Origin: Candidatus Marsarchaeota G2 archaeon ECH_B_1
GTDB taxonomy: Archaea > Thermoproteota > Thermoprotei_A > Marsarchaeales > Marsarchaeaceae
Direction: 5' to 3'
NCBI GenBank assembly: GCA_003019535.1
Contig: NEXG01000007.1
Coordinates: 55,374 to 87,373 of the forward strand
DNA: 32,000 nt
Shown here: positions 1 to 7,753 of the stretch, piece after piece
How positions within the stretch are numbered: the stretch's first letter is position 1
Layout of the letters: every line of letters starts with the position of its first letter
Notes under the pieces: model-generated
What the model saw: the letters and a program-made list of their open reading frames with translations, nothing else
The model's database searches: none
Told to the model about the DNA's origin: nothing
Position numbers and translations under genes: made by a program

Positions 1-188
1 AAGTTGTCTATGACGGTGTGCCGCTACACATCGAGACGGGGCAAAGGGGTGTAGCCAGCCATGAATACTGGAACACACAACCTAATAGGCTTCAGATTTG
101 CTGCGCCCCTATGCATGATAGCTTTCCAAATCTGCCCTTCCGCACAGTTTTGTAGCACTACGTTTGTATTAGCCCAGGGCGATTTGTT

Positions 189-983
189 TTGAGCTTCGGT
201 CAGCCCATCACTAAGGCCTTCAGTGCCGCCATGCTGTCCCTCACAGCCGTACTAATCATCCTTCTATTACTGATCGGTCTAACAGTGAGCGCGCTACCAC
301 ACAACGTGCGATTCTCCGACGCGAGCATATCACAGCTAAACGGTGAGCCCGTCTTCACGGCTCAAGCCGTGATAGGAAACCCCGGGCCGCTGCCCCTCGA
401 ACACTCAAGCGCAGGGCTGAGTTTCAACACATCACCCAACTTCAGGGTGGTAGCCCTTTCACAAACCGCATCTGTGGGTGTGGGTGGCAACATCACGCTC
501 CCTGTGAACCTGAGTATACAGCCTTCTAGACCAGCGGCATGCGAGCTACTTTTCCATGGCGAGGAGGTAGCGCTTGGGTTCTCCCTCAACACAAGTGTGG
601 GTGGTATACTCCCCATCTACGTGGAGTCCTATACGAATACAAGCTTCGGAGCACTACTAGGAGGACTCACGGTTAGGGTAACTCAAACTAAGCAGTCACC
701 CCTTCAGGCAGTATACACCATTCAGTACTCTTTTACCGATAACAATAGCTATCTACCCATTAACGCCACCCTACTTTTAGCGGTGGCGCAACCCCCGCAA
801 AACACATCGCTAAGTATAGCAATAAACGCTTACCCATCACAACAAATATCAGCCTCGAAAACCCTCGTTGGGCAGCCGACCGCTGGAAACATCACAGTGT
901 ATATTGTAACCATGTGGGGTGAATTCGAGCTGCCCTATAACCCAGCCACACAGGCCTACACGGGTGATGTGCTCTGCGGCTGA
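189..983 (+). CDS. Membrane-anchored, probably extracellular N-glycosylated protein, function unknown
   Basis: 264-codon TTG-initiated ORF. N-terminal hydrophobic anchor (AMLSLTAVLIILLLLIGLTV), then a Ser/Thr/Asn/Gln-rich region with 9 N-x-S/T sequons. A/T box tttgtatta (163-171) lies about 20 nt upstream. No family recognised. Confidence 0.6.
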   Translation: MSFGQPITKAFSAAMLSLTAVLIILLLLIGLTVSALPHNVRFSDASISQLNGEPVFTAQAVIGNPGPLPLEHSSAGLSFNTSPNFRVVALSQTASVGVGGNITLPVNLSIQPSRPAACELLFHGEEVALGFSLNTSVGGILPIYVESYTNTSFGALLGGLTVRVTQTKQSPLQAVYTIQYSFTDNNSYLPINATLLLAVAQPPQNTSLSIAINAYPSQQISASKTLVGQPTAGNITVYIVTMWGEFELPYNPATQAYTGDVLCG

Positions 984-994
984 GCCCTTCGAGG

Positions 995-1378
995 ATGATT
1001 TTAGCCGTCATTTCAGCCCTAGTAAGCTACATACTTCTACTATACCTGCTTCCCAGGGTGCTCTCAGCTCTTGGTTTTGGCTCAAATCCAAACGCAATAC
1101 TACCCCAAGAGTCGATTTACGCGGCGGTGGGCATAGTTGCTCTGGAGGCCGTGTCCGCGCTGTTTTCAACAACCCGAATCAGGGGTGCGTTCATGGTGGG
1201 CCTAGGGTTACTAGGCTATCTATTCATAGTGTCCGCTTTCAAAAGCGGCATAATAGCCACCCATACACCAACATATTTAGTGAGCGTTAATATAGGCTTC
1301 GTGGTGACAATTATGAAGATTCTCGCGCTCCTTGAAGCAGCCCGTGGCTGTGTCACCCTTATGGCGGACAACACTTAA
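995..1378 (+). CDS. Small polytopic membrane protein (about 4 TM), function unknown
   Basis: 127-codon ATG ORF starting 12 nt after the previous stop. Almost entirely hydrophobic helices (ILAVISALVSYILLLYLL, AAVGIVALEAVSALF, FMVGLGLLGYLFIV, IGFVVTIMKILALL). Confidence 0.6.
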   Translation: MILAVISALVSYILLLYLLPRVLSALGFGSNPNAILPQESIYAAVGIVALEAVSALFSTTRIRGAFMVGLGLLGYLFIVSAFKSGIIATHTPTYLVSVNIGFVVTIMKILALLEAARGCVTLMADNT

Positions 1379-1697
1379 AAGGGAAATCAATCCTAGAAAA
1401 CGTGCACAGCCACCGGGTAGCAACACCATTAGGCGTGAACCACCAACCACAATCGCTCCTTCGCCTGGGCGGCGCATCGTACTGGGTCGCAGAGATATGC
1501 ATCTACAGAAGCCAGCGAACCTACATGTAGGTATACTCCTTCGAATGAATTACACAGCTACCAAGCCGAATACTAGTTCCCAAATTATACTTCACCTGTG
1601 CTTAGCCATGAGAAGCAGGCATCGGTCTCCTTTAGGGGTTGTGGACACTTAGTAAAAGTAAAATCCATGTGGAAGGTAATAACTATTTGGGATTAAT

Positions 1698-2114
1698 TTG
1701 AGTGAAATATTCGAGGAGAAGATACTCTACCACTATGAACACCCCAGCAACAGGGGGGTGATTGAGGGTGCTCAGATCAAGCACAGAGACCTGAATACTC
1801 TCTGCGGTGACCAGGTCACCATATACGCCTCACTAGATGGGGACGTTATAAGCGACATTAAATTTCAGGGTGTGGGATGCGCCATAAGCATGGCTTCCAC
1901 TTCGATGCTCACAGAGAAAGTAAAGGGTATGAATATTAAAGACGTCTTGGAGCTAGGTCAGAAGGATGTACTGGATATGCTCGGCATCGAGTCACTCACA
2001 CCTATGAGGGTGAAGTGTGCCATGCTGGGTTTGAGGACCCTGCAGAAGGGTATAATCGAGTACACCGCCAAGTCGGGTGCTCAGTCCCCGCCTGCTAACG
2101 GTTCATACTCATAG
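1698..2114 (+). CDS. Fe-S cluster scaffold protein, IscU/SufU (NifU N-terminal domain) family
   Basis: Three conserved ligand-Cys contexts (LCGDQV, GVGCAISMAS, MRVKCAMLG) and an N-terminus LYHYEHPSNRG typical of the family. TTG start. Confidence 0.85.
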   Translation: MSEIFEEKILYHYEHPSNRGVIEGAQIKHRDLNTLCGDQVTIYASLDGDVISDIKFQGVGCAISMASTSMLTEKVKGMNIKDVLELGQKDVLDMLGIESLTPMRVKCAMLGLRTLQKGIIEYTAKSGAQSPPANGSYS

Positions 2115-2515
2115 GATGACACGATAGCTCTAAGTGTTGACTTCTCAGCCACTAGGTCCCTGATTGAGAGCACTCCTGCTAGCTTACCTGCATTATCGAC
2201 AACCACTAAGTGGCGGATTTTCTTATTCACAATCTTCGTGGCCGCGCTCCCAACATCCTCCTCAAATGTGGCTGTAACTGGGTTCTTTGTTGCTACATCC
2301 CAAACCGCCGTGTTGGGTGGAAGGTTGTTCGCGAAGGCGCGGATTATATCCCTCTCCGAGATAACCCCGAGCGGTGTTTCACCCTTCTCATCCACGACCA
2401 CAAGTAGACCGATGTTCTCCTGAACCATTATACGGGCTGCCTCAATTAGCGTTGAAGCCCTGCGCACAACCACGGGTTTGCGTTTGATAAGATCCTTAAC
2501 CTTCAACTTTATCAC
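2081..2515 (-). CDS. CBS-domain pair protein
   Basis: Two CBS repeats (LGVISERDIIRA and LAGVLSIRDLVA). GTG 2515 or TTG 2506 start overlaps the citrate synthase stop. The 3' end overlaps the convergent IscU-like gene by 34 nt. Confidence 0.85.
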   Translation of the reverse strand: MIKLKVKDLIKRKPVVVRRASTLIEAARIMVQENIGLLVVVDEKGETPLGVISERDIIRAFANNLPPNTAVWDVATKNPVTATFEEDVGSAATKIVNKKIRHLVVVDNAGKLAGVLSIRDLVAEKSTLRAIVSSYEYEPLAGGD

Positions 2516-3668
2516 CCCTACGATCCATCTCCACGTATGGGCTATTCAACTTGCCTGTGTAGTAAGCCTTCGGTCTTACAAGCCTGTTATCAGCCAAATA
2601 TTCAAGTACGTGTGCCACCCAGCCAGCGTTTCTACTCATAGCGAACACTGGGGTGAACAGGTCTGTTTCTATACCTAGAGCGTTGAATACGAGGCCGGAG
2701 TAGAAGTCCACATTGGGGAAAAGCTTGTGCTGGGACAGCCTCTCCACCGCGGCGCGCTCAACGGCCTCAGCGGTCAAGTAGAGGTTCAGTGTACCCTTTC
2801 TTTCACCCAACTGTTTTGCGAGTGGTTTCAGAATCATGTATCGGGGATCATAGTTCTTGTACACGCGGTGGCCGAAGCCCATTATACGCTGCTTCGCAGC
2901 CAGCGTCCTATCCACTGCTTCGGCCGCCTTCTCCGGTGAGCCCACCGACTGGATGTACTTAAGGGCGGCTTCGTTCGCCCCACCGTGAAGTGGTCCCTTA
3001 AGGGTTGCTACGCCAGCTGTTATTGCAGAGTACATGTCGCTCAGGGTTGACGCAGTAACTATGCATGAGAAAGTGGATGCGTTCATCTCGTGCTCCGCGT
3101 GAAGTATCATTGCTTTATCCATCACTGATGCGTCAAACGCGTCTGGCTCAGTTCCCCTAAGCATATACAGAAAGTTTGAAGCAATAGGGAGATCCATCTT
3201 TGGCTCAACCGGGTTCACACCACGCCTGATACGGGCGAAGGAGGCTATAATCGTTGGTGTGACGCCTATCACCCTTAGCCCCCTCAATCTGTTGGCTTCA
3301 AGGCCACCATCTACCCCCTGCCTATCATAGAGAGAGAGCATGGATATCGCAGTCCTGAGCACATCCATCGGGTGGGCCTGGCTTGGAAGTGTTTTAAGCC
3401 AAGCCAAAACCTCCTGAGGGGGAGTGTACGACTCCCTCAAAGTGCGCACGAATCCTTCGAACTCTTCCCTCTTTGGAAGCCACCCGTATATCAGCAAGAA
3501 CGCCACCTCTTCGAATGTAGACCTCTGAGCCAAATCCTCAACGCTGTAGCCACGATAGAAGAGCTTGCTATTCTCACCATCAATATAGCATATACTGCTT
3601 TCTGCTACGTATACGTTGTCCAAACCCTTGTGTAGAACCACCGTATTCTCAGATGACATCGTAATCAA
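2496..3668 (-). CDS. gltA: Citrate synthase
   Basis: Signature GFGHRVYKNYDPRY plus HAEHEMNAST and a length of about 385 aa. TTG 3668 is the longest start. ATG 3659 (MSSENTVV...) fits the upstream A/T box (3686-3697) better. Confidence 0.95.
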   Translation of the reverse strand: MITMSSENTVVLHKGLDNVYVAESSICYIDGENSKLFYRGYSVEDLAQRSTFEEVAFLLIYGWLPKREEFEGFVRTLRESYTPPQEVLAWLKTLPSQAHPMDVLRTAISMLSLYDRQGVDGGLEANRLRGLRVIGVTPTIIASFARIRRGVNPVEPKMDLPIASNFLYMLRGTEPDAFDASVMDKAMILHAEHEMNASTFSCIVTASTLSDMYSAITAGVATLKGPLHGGANEAALKYIQSVGSPEKAAEAVDRTLAAKQRIMGFGHRVYKNYDPRYMILKPLAKQLGERKGTLNLYLTAEAVERAAVERLSQHKLFPNVDFYSGLVFNALGIETDLFTPVFAMSRNAGWVAHVLEYLADNRLVRPKAYYTGKLNSPYVEMDRRGDKVEG

Positions 3669-3738
3669 CTAAGAATTTTAACCCTTAAACATAAAGCCTT
3701 TGAGGCATCGATTTGAATAGAAACGCATCCAAGCAAGG

Positions 3739-3746
3739 TTTTTAAC
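3739..3746 (+). promoter_or_regulatory. Candidate TATA box for hsp20
   Basis: The octamer tttttaac is centred about 34 nt upstream of ATG 3777. It lies in the divergent gltA/hsp20 spacer. Confidence 0.3.
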
Positions 3747-3776
3747 ACGCTTTGACGTATACTTAGATGAAACATT

Positions 3777-4160
3777 ATGATGAGGGGTAGAGGTTTGCTG
3801 TCCGCGTTCATGAGGGAGGCGGGTGAGTACTCCAGAGCGTTCTACGAGGTGGTGCTTCCACCCATCGACATATACGAGTTGGGAGGCCAACTCGTGGTTG
3901 AAATGGACCTCGCAGGTTTCGCTAAGGACAACATAAGCATCAAGGCCACCGCTCACACGCTGAGCGTAACCGCTAAAAGGGAGGAGCAAACAGATGAGGT
4001 GGATGGTGTTTATCTCAGACAGAGGCCTTCACGTATACACAGAGTCATAAGGCTTCCCGTGGATGTCGACGAAACGGTTGAGCCAACAGCCAAATACGAG
4101 AACGGTGTCCTAACAGTTAAACTCACAATGAAAGGGGCAAAAAGAGTTAGAATAGAGTAG
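3777..4160 (+). CDS. hsp20: Small heat-shock protein, Hsp20/alpha-crystallin family
   Basis: 127 aa with alpha-crystallin domain hallmarks (LVVEMDLAGF..., SVTAKREE..., YENGVLTVKL). Confidence 0.9.
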   Translation: MMRGRGLLSAFMREAGEYSRAFYEVVLPPIDIYELGGQLVVEMDLAGFAKDNISIKATAHTLSVTAKREEQTDEVDGVYLRQRPSRIHRVIRLPVDVDETVEPTAKYENGVLTVKLTMKGAKRVRIE

Positions 4161-4168
4161 CCAAGAAA

Positions 4169-5722
4169 TCACCTTTTCAGTGCGTCATATAGTAATAGTA
4201 TAAATGCTAATACCATTCCTAGATAAGCTGGGAGCTGGTCGTGAACGTTGAAGTGTAGATAGAGTAGTGACGCGGCGAAGATGAAGGTTGAGGGCACCGC
4301 CATCCTACTCTGCCTGCCACCCCTGTGGTTAGTGAAATCCTGGGCTTCGAGCCTCCTCAGTAAGCTCGGACCCACTCTGTTGACGAGCACTATTGTCTCA
4401 AGCATTGATGATATAAATGAGCGCACATTATCCATGCGCACCTCGTCGAGGTACCCCTTCTCGGTGAGTAGACTCACTATGATTTTGAGGAGGTTGAACT
4501 CGGGGTCAAGCTTTAAGCACACCCCATCGAGTATACCAGCCATTCTCATATAGAGCACGAGTTGCCTTGGAAGCTTGAAAGGGAAACGGTAGATAAGTCG
4601 GTTAGCCAGATCCATGAGTCGCTCGAACTCCCACTCCGCAACACTTTCACCACCGAGCTCCCTTATCGCAAGCTCGAAGCCACGCTCTACAACATACCTG
4701 TTGGCTTCGGGGTCCAGGGCGCCTAACTCAAGTAGTTCGTCGACTATGGATTTGGGGTCGCGCAGTGAGAAAGAGGCGTAAAGCCTCACCAAGTGTTTTT
4801 TCGTGTGGGCGTCTAGGGAGCCAACCATCCCGTAATCGTAGAGGATTATCTCGCCGCCCTGACCTATTGAGATGTTGCCTGGGTGGGGGTCAGCGTGGAA
4901 GATGGGTTTGTCGAGAACCATGCCTATGAATAGCCTCGACACCTTGCGGGCAAGCCTCTGAGTGTCCACGCCCACCCTCCTTAACTCCTCCACCTGGCTT
5001 ATCTTTATTCCCTCATGATAACTCATTACGAGAACCCTGTGCGAGGTAACCTCCCTGAAGACCCTAGGCACCACTACGCCCTGCCCCCTCAGCTCCTTAG
5101 CAAGCATCTCCATATTAGAGGCCTCCTTAAGATAATCTATCTCATCATCTACGTGCTCCAAGTAGTCCTCAACCACGGATGAAATACTATAGGCAACGTT
5201 CTTGTCAACAAACAACCCAAGGAACCTTAACAGCCACTTCAAAACGGCTCCATCCTGCTCAATCATGCGCTTAACACCCGGCCTATTCACCTTAACCGCC
5301 ACCCTTTCACCCCTGTACTTGGCTTCGTAGACCTGTCCAAGGGAGGCGGAGGCGATAGGGGTGGGTTTAAAATCCTCGAAAACCTTTTCAAGCGGGCCCA
5401 AGTCCTCCTCAATCATGCGTTTGGTTTCACTGAAGTCAGCAGGGGGCACATCGTCCTGCAGTTTTTCTAGCTCGCGTATATATTGCGGTGGCAGTATATC
5501 TGGTCTTGAGGAGAGTATTTGGCCAAGCTTTATGAACGCTGGACCCAGAGATGCCAGAGCCTCGTAGAGCGACCTACCCTGCCTTGATAGCCTAGCGGCC
5601 TCCTTGGGTGTGGGCTCCTTTCCCCTATGCGTCCTCCTATACCAAGCGTAGACGATGAGTATGGGTAGAAGCTTGTAGGCCACCTTAATGAATCTGCGCA
5701 GAGGTGGAGCCAAACACTTCAC
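4169..5722 (-). CDS. ABC1/UbiB-family atypical protein kinase
   Basis: ASASLGQVYEAKY..RVAVKVNRPG and HADPHPGNI motifs, with C-terminal hydrophobic helices. The GTG start overlaps the upstream stop (GTGA). Confidence 0.9.
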   Translation of the reverse strand: MKCLAPPLRRFIKVAYKLLPILIVYAWYRRTHRGKEPTPKEAARLSRQGRSLYEALASLGPAFIKLGQILSSRPDILPPQYIRELEKLQDDVPPADFSETKRMIEEDLGPLEKVFEDFKPTPIASASLGQVYEAKYRGERVAVKVNRPGVKRMIEQDGAVLKWLLRFLGLFVDKNVAYSISSVVEDYLEHVDDEIDYLKEASNMEMLAKELRGQGVVVPRVFREVTSHRVLVMSYHEGIKISQVEELRRVGVDTQRLARKVSRLFIGMVLDKPIFHADPHPGNISIGQGGEIILYDYGMVGSLDAHTKKHLVRLYASFSLRDPKSIVDELLELGALDPEANRYVVERGFELAIRELGGESVAEWEFERLMDLANRLIYRFPFKLPRQLVLYMRMAGILDGVCLKLDPEFNLLKIIVSLLTEKGYLDEVRMDNVRSFISSMLETIVLVNRVGPSLLRRLEAQDFTNHRGGRQSRMAVPSTFIFAASLLYLHFNVHDQLPAYLGMVLAFILLLYDALKR

Positions 5723-6018
5723 CCATACACCATTTTCACAATTGCATACCCAATCAGTCCAGCGACCACTTTGGGGGCGCTCGTGTCATAAAGTACATGC
5801 TGGATAGGGTTCTGTCTTGGATCGAACCTGTCCCGGTGAACCTCGAACCAAGAGTCGTACTCCCTGACGTGGAAGCCGTGAGCGCATCTGTACTGCCTCA
5901 GCGCGCCCTTCGGGTCGCCTAGCCAAGTCTCTTTACAGCAGGCGGGCACGCTCCCTAGCTCCTCCTTTGATATCACCCCTCCCACTCGAGCTACCCACTC
6001 TTCAAGCTCGCATTCCAC
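5719..6018 (-). CDS. Small Cys/His-containing protein with a C-terminal hydrophobic helix, function unknown
   Basis: 99-codon GTG ORF with a TATA box at the leaderless distance. A 4-nt GTGA overlap links it to the ABC1 kinase gene. The C-terminus VVAGLIGYAIVKMVYG is hydrophobic. Confidence 0.55.
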   Translation of the reverse strand: MECELEEWVARVGGVISKEELGSVPACCKETWLGDPKGALRQYRCAHGFHVREYDSWFEVHRDRFDPRQNPIQHVLYDTSAPKVVAGLIGYAIVKMVYG

Positions 6019-6039
6019 GCAACAAAAACCAATTCGACG

Positions 6040-6048
6040 TAATATAAT
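6040..6048 (-). promoter_or_regulatory. TATA box for the 99-aa ORF / ABC1 kinase operon
   Basis: ATTATATTA on the minus strand is centred 26 nt upstream of GTG 6018. Confidence 0.5.
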
Positions 6049-6078
6049 CCCTGCGGGGATATGAAGATGATCCTCCAG

Positions 6079-6882
6079 CTATTTACCCTTGAATGTGGGC
6101 TTACGCTTCTCTATGAATGCTGTCAAGGCCTCAGAGTGGTCTTCGGTCCTACCAGCCACACTCTGTAGGGAGGCTTCATACTCGAGCGCTTCCTCAAGTG
6201 AATGGTTGAGCGCATAATTGACCGCCCTCTTCGCATACGAGTAGGCTAGGCTGGGCCCCTCGGCCAGTCGCCGCGCCAGCTCTAAGCTTGCACCCTCAAG
6301 GTCCTCGTGTTTGACAACCCTGTTCACAAGCCCCAGTCTCTCAGCGGTTCGGGCGTCGATTGGCTCACCCGTAAAGAGAGCCTCAAGGCTCCTCGCATAA
6401 CCCATAACTCGGGGGAGAAAGAAACTGATCCCCGAATCGGGGGCGAGGCCGACCCTTGAGAAGGCTGGTATAAAGCTCGCCTTATCTGAAGCCAACCGCA
6501 AGTCTGATGCAAGCACTAGGCTGAACCCAGCGCCCGCTGCCACACCGTTAACCGAGGCAATTATGGGTTTGGGGGTTGACACCATCTGCAGTATTATTGG
6601 GTTATACTTTCTCCTTAGTCTCTCACCCATGTCTAACGCCCCAACCCTCCTTCTATGCTCCATAAGCTCGTTCAGATCCTCACCAGCTGAGAACCCCCTG
6701 CCCGCGCCCGTGACAACCACCACTCGCACCCCCGTATCGGAGGCGCTCACGCGAAGAGCATCAGAGAACTCTCTCGCCATCCTGTCGCTTATCGCGTTGA
6801 GCACACTCGGTCTATTGAGGGTAATCCTTGCAACACCTCCATCAACAGTGTATGTTATCTCAGCGTACTCCAAAGCCCTCAC
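6079..6882 (-). CDS. Crotonase-superfamily enzyme, PaaG-like enoyl-CoA isomerase/hydratase
   Basis: Crotonase fold (ITLNRP, FSAGEDL). It lacks both canonical catalytic Glu positions (GAGFSLVLASD, PAFSRVGLAPDSG), resembling E. coli PaaG (AFSKLGLIPDCG) as recalled from memory. The C-terminus AFIEKRKPTFKGK is also similar. Confidence 0.85.
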   Translation of the reverse strand: MRALEYAEITYTVDGGVARITLNRPSVLNAISDRMAREFSDALRVSASDTGVRVVVVTGAGRGFSAGEDLNELMEHRRRVGALDMGERLRRKYNPIILQMVSTPKPIIASVNGVAAGAGFSLVLASDLRLASDKASFIPAFSRVGLAPDSGISFFLPRVMGYARSLEALFTGEPIDARTAERLGLVNRVVKHEDLEGASLELARRLAEGPSLAYSYAKRAVNYALNHSLEEALEYEASLQSVAGRTEDHSEALTAFIEKRKPTFKGK

Positions 6883-7679
6883 CTGCCCTTGAACTTTGGT
6901 TCACGCTTCTCGAGGAACGCTGCCATCCCTTCGACTTTATCCTCAGATCCGAAGGCCATATAGAACAGCCTGTGCTCGAATAGTAGCCCAGCATCAAGCG
7001 TTGTGTTGAACGCCGCCTTCACAGCCTCCTTCGCGAGGCGGACGGCGATGGGTGACTTGGAGGCTATTTCACTAGCTATTCCCAAAGCGTGGTCAAGCAC
7101 ACTCTCAGCGGGCACAACCCTATTAGCCAAGCCAAGCATATATGCTTCCTGAGCGCTTATCGGCCTACCGGTGAGTATCATCTCCATAGCCCTATATTTA
7201 CCCACTATTCGTGGGAGCCTCTGCGTGCCCCCAGCGCCGGGGAACACACCTATGTTTATCTCTGGCTGACCGAACTTGGCATCTTCAGAACAAACAACTA
7301 TGTCACACGCCAAAACCATTTCAAGCCCGCCCCCATAGGCGTAGCCGTTAACCGCCGCTATAAGGGGTTTGGGGTAGTCGCCAACAGCATCCCAGAACCT
7401 ACCCATATCTGCAAGGTACGCCTCAACTAGTGTCTTCTCACTCATCTCCTTAATATCCGCACCAGCGGAGAAGAACTTCGGTCCACCCGTGATCACAACA
7501 GCCCCCACTTCATTATCCCCAGCGAGGGATTCGAGCGCCGCAAGCAGCTCCCGCATCAACTGTGTGCTTAGGGCGTTCCTCACACTTGGCCTATTGAGTG
7601 TTATCAAACCCACCCTGTTCCTCTTCTCAACCAATATGTTCTCATACGACACATGAACCACACCACAACTATTACGCAA
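6879..7679 (-). CDS. Enoyl-CoA hydratase (canonical crotonase, PaaF/Crt-like)
   Basis: ITLNRP, FSAGADI, GGGLEMVLACD and QPEINIGVFPGAGGTQRL (both catalytic Glu present). The likely true start is GTG 7652 (MSYENILVE...) rather than TTG 7679. Confidence 0.9.
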   Translation of the reverse strand: MRNSCGVVHVSYENILVEKRNRVGLITLNRPSVRNALSTQLMRELLAALESLAGDNEVGAVVITGGPKFFSAGADIKEMSEKTLVEAYLADMGRFWDAVGDYPKPLIAAVNGYAYGGGLEMVLACDIVVCSEDAKFGQPEINIGVFPGAGGTQRLPRIVGKYRAMEMILTGRPISAQEAYMLGLANRVVPAESVLDHALGIASEIASKSPIAVRLAKEAVKAAFNTTLDAGLLFEHRLFYMAFGSEDKVEGMAAFLEKREPKFKGR

Positions 7680-7753
7680 AGCTTAATTTGTGTTTCGAAG
7701 AAAGTGAGGTGGAAACGATTAGGAATCTGAAAACCGTCTAATATCAAACACGC

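Noticed and set aside
3-155. Frame open from the window edge to TAG 153-155 (50 codons), possibly the 3' end of an upstream gene
   Set aside because: It is too short and motif-free to support, and it cannot be judged without upstream sequence.
1540-1546. TTCGAAT, a T-loop-like heptamer suggesting a tRNA
   Set aside because: The flanking bases cannot form a T-stem, and no acceptor, D or anticodon arm can be built on either strand.
1332-1652. 106-codon ORF covering the spacer before the IscU-like gene
   Set aside because: It starts inside the preceding membrane-protein gene. The sequence is Pro/Arg/Thr-rich and basic, looks random, and has no promoter.
3678-3989. 103-codon ORF antisense to the hsp20 start and promoter region
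   Set aside because: It overlaps the confidently called hsp20 gene and the divergent promoter region, and its composition is implausible.
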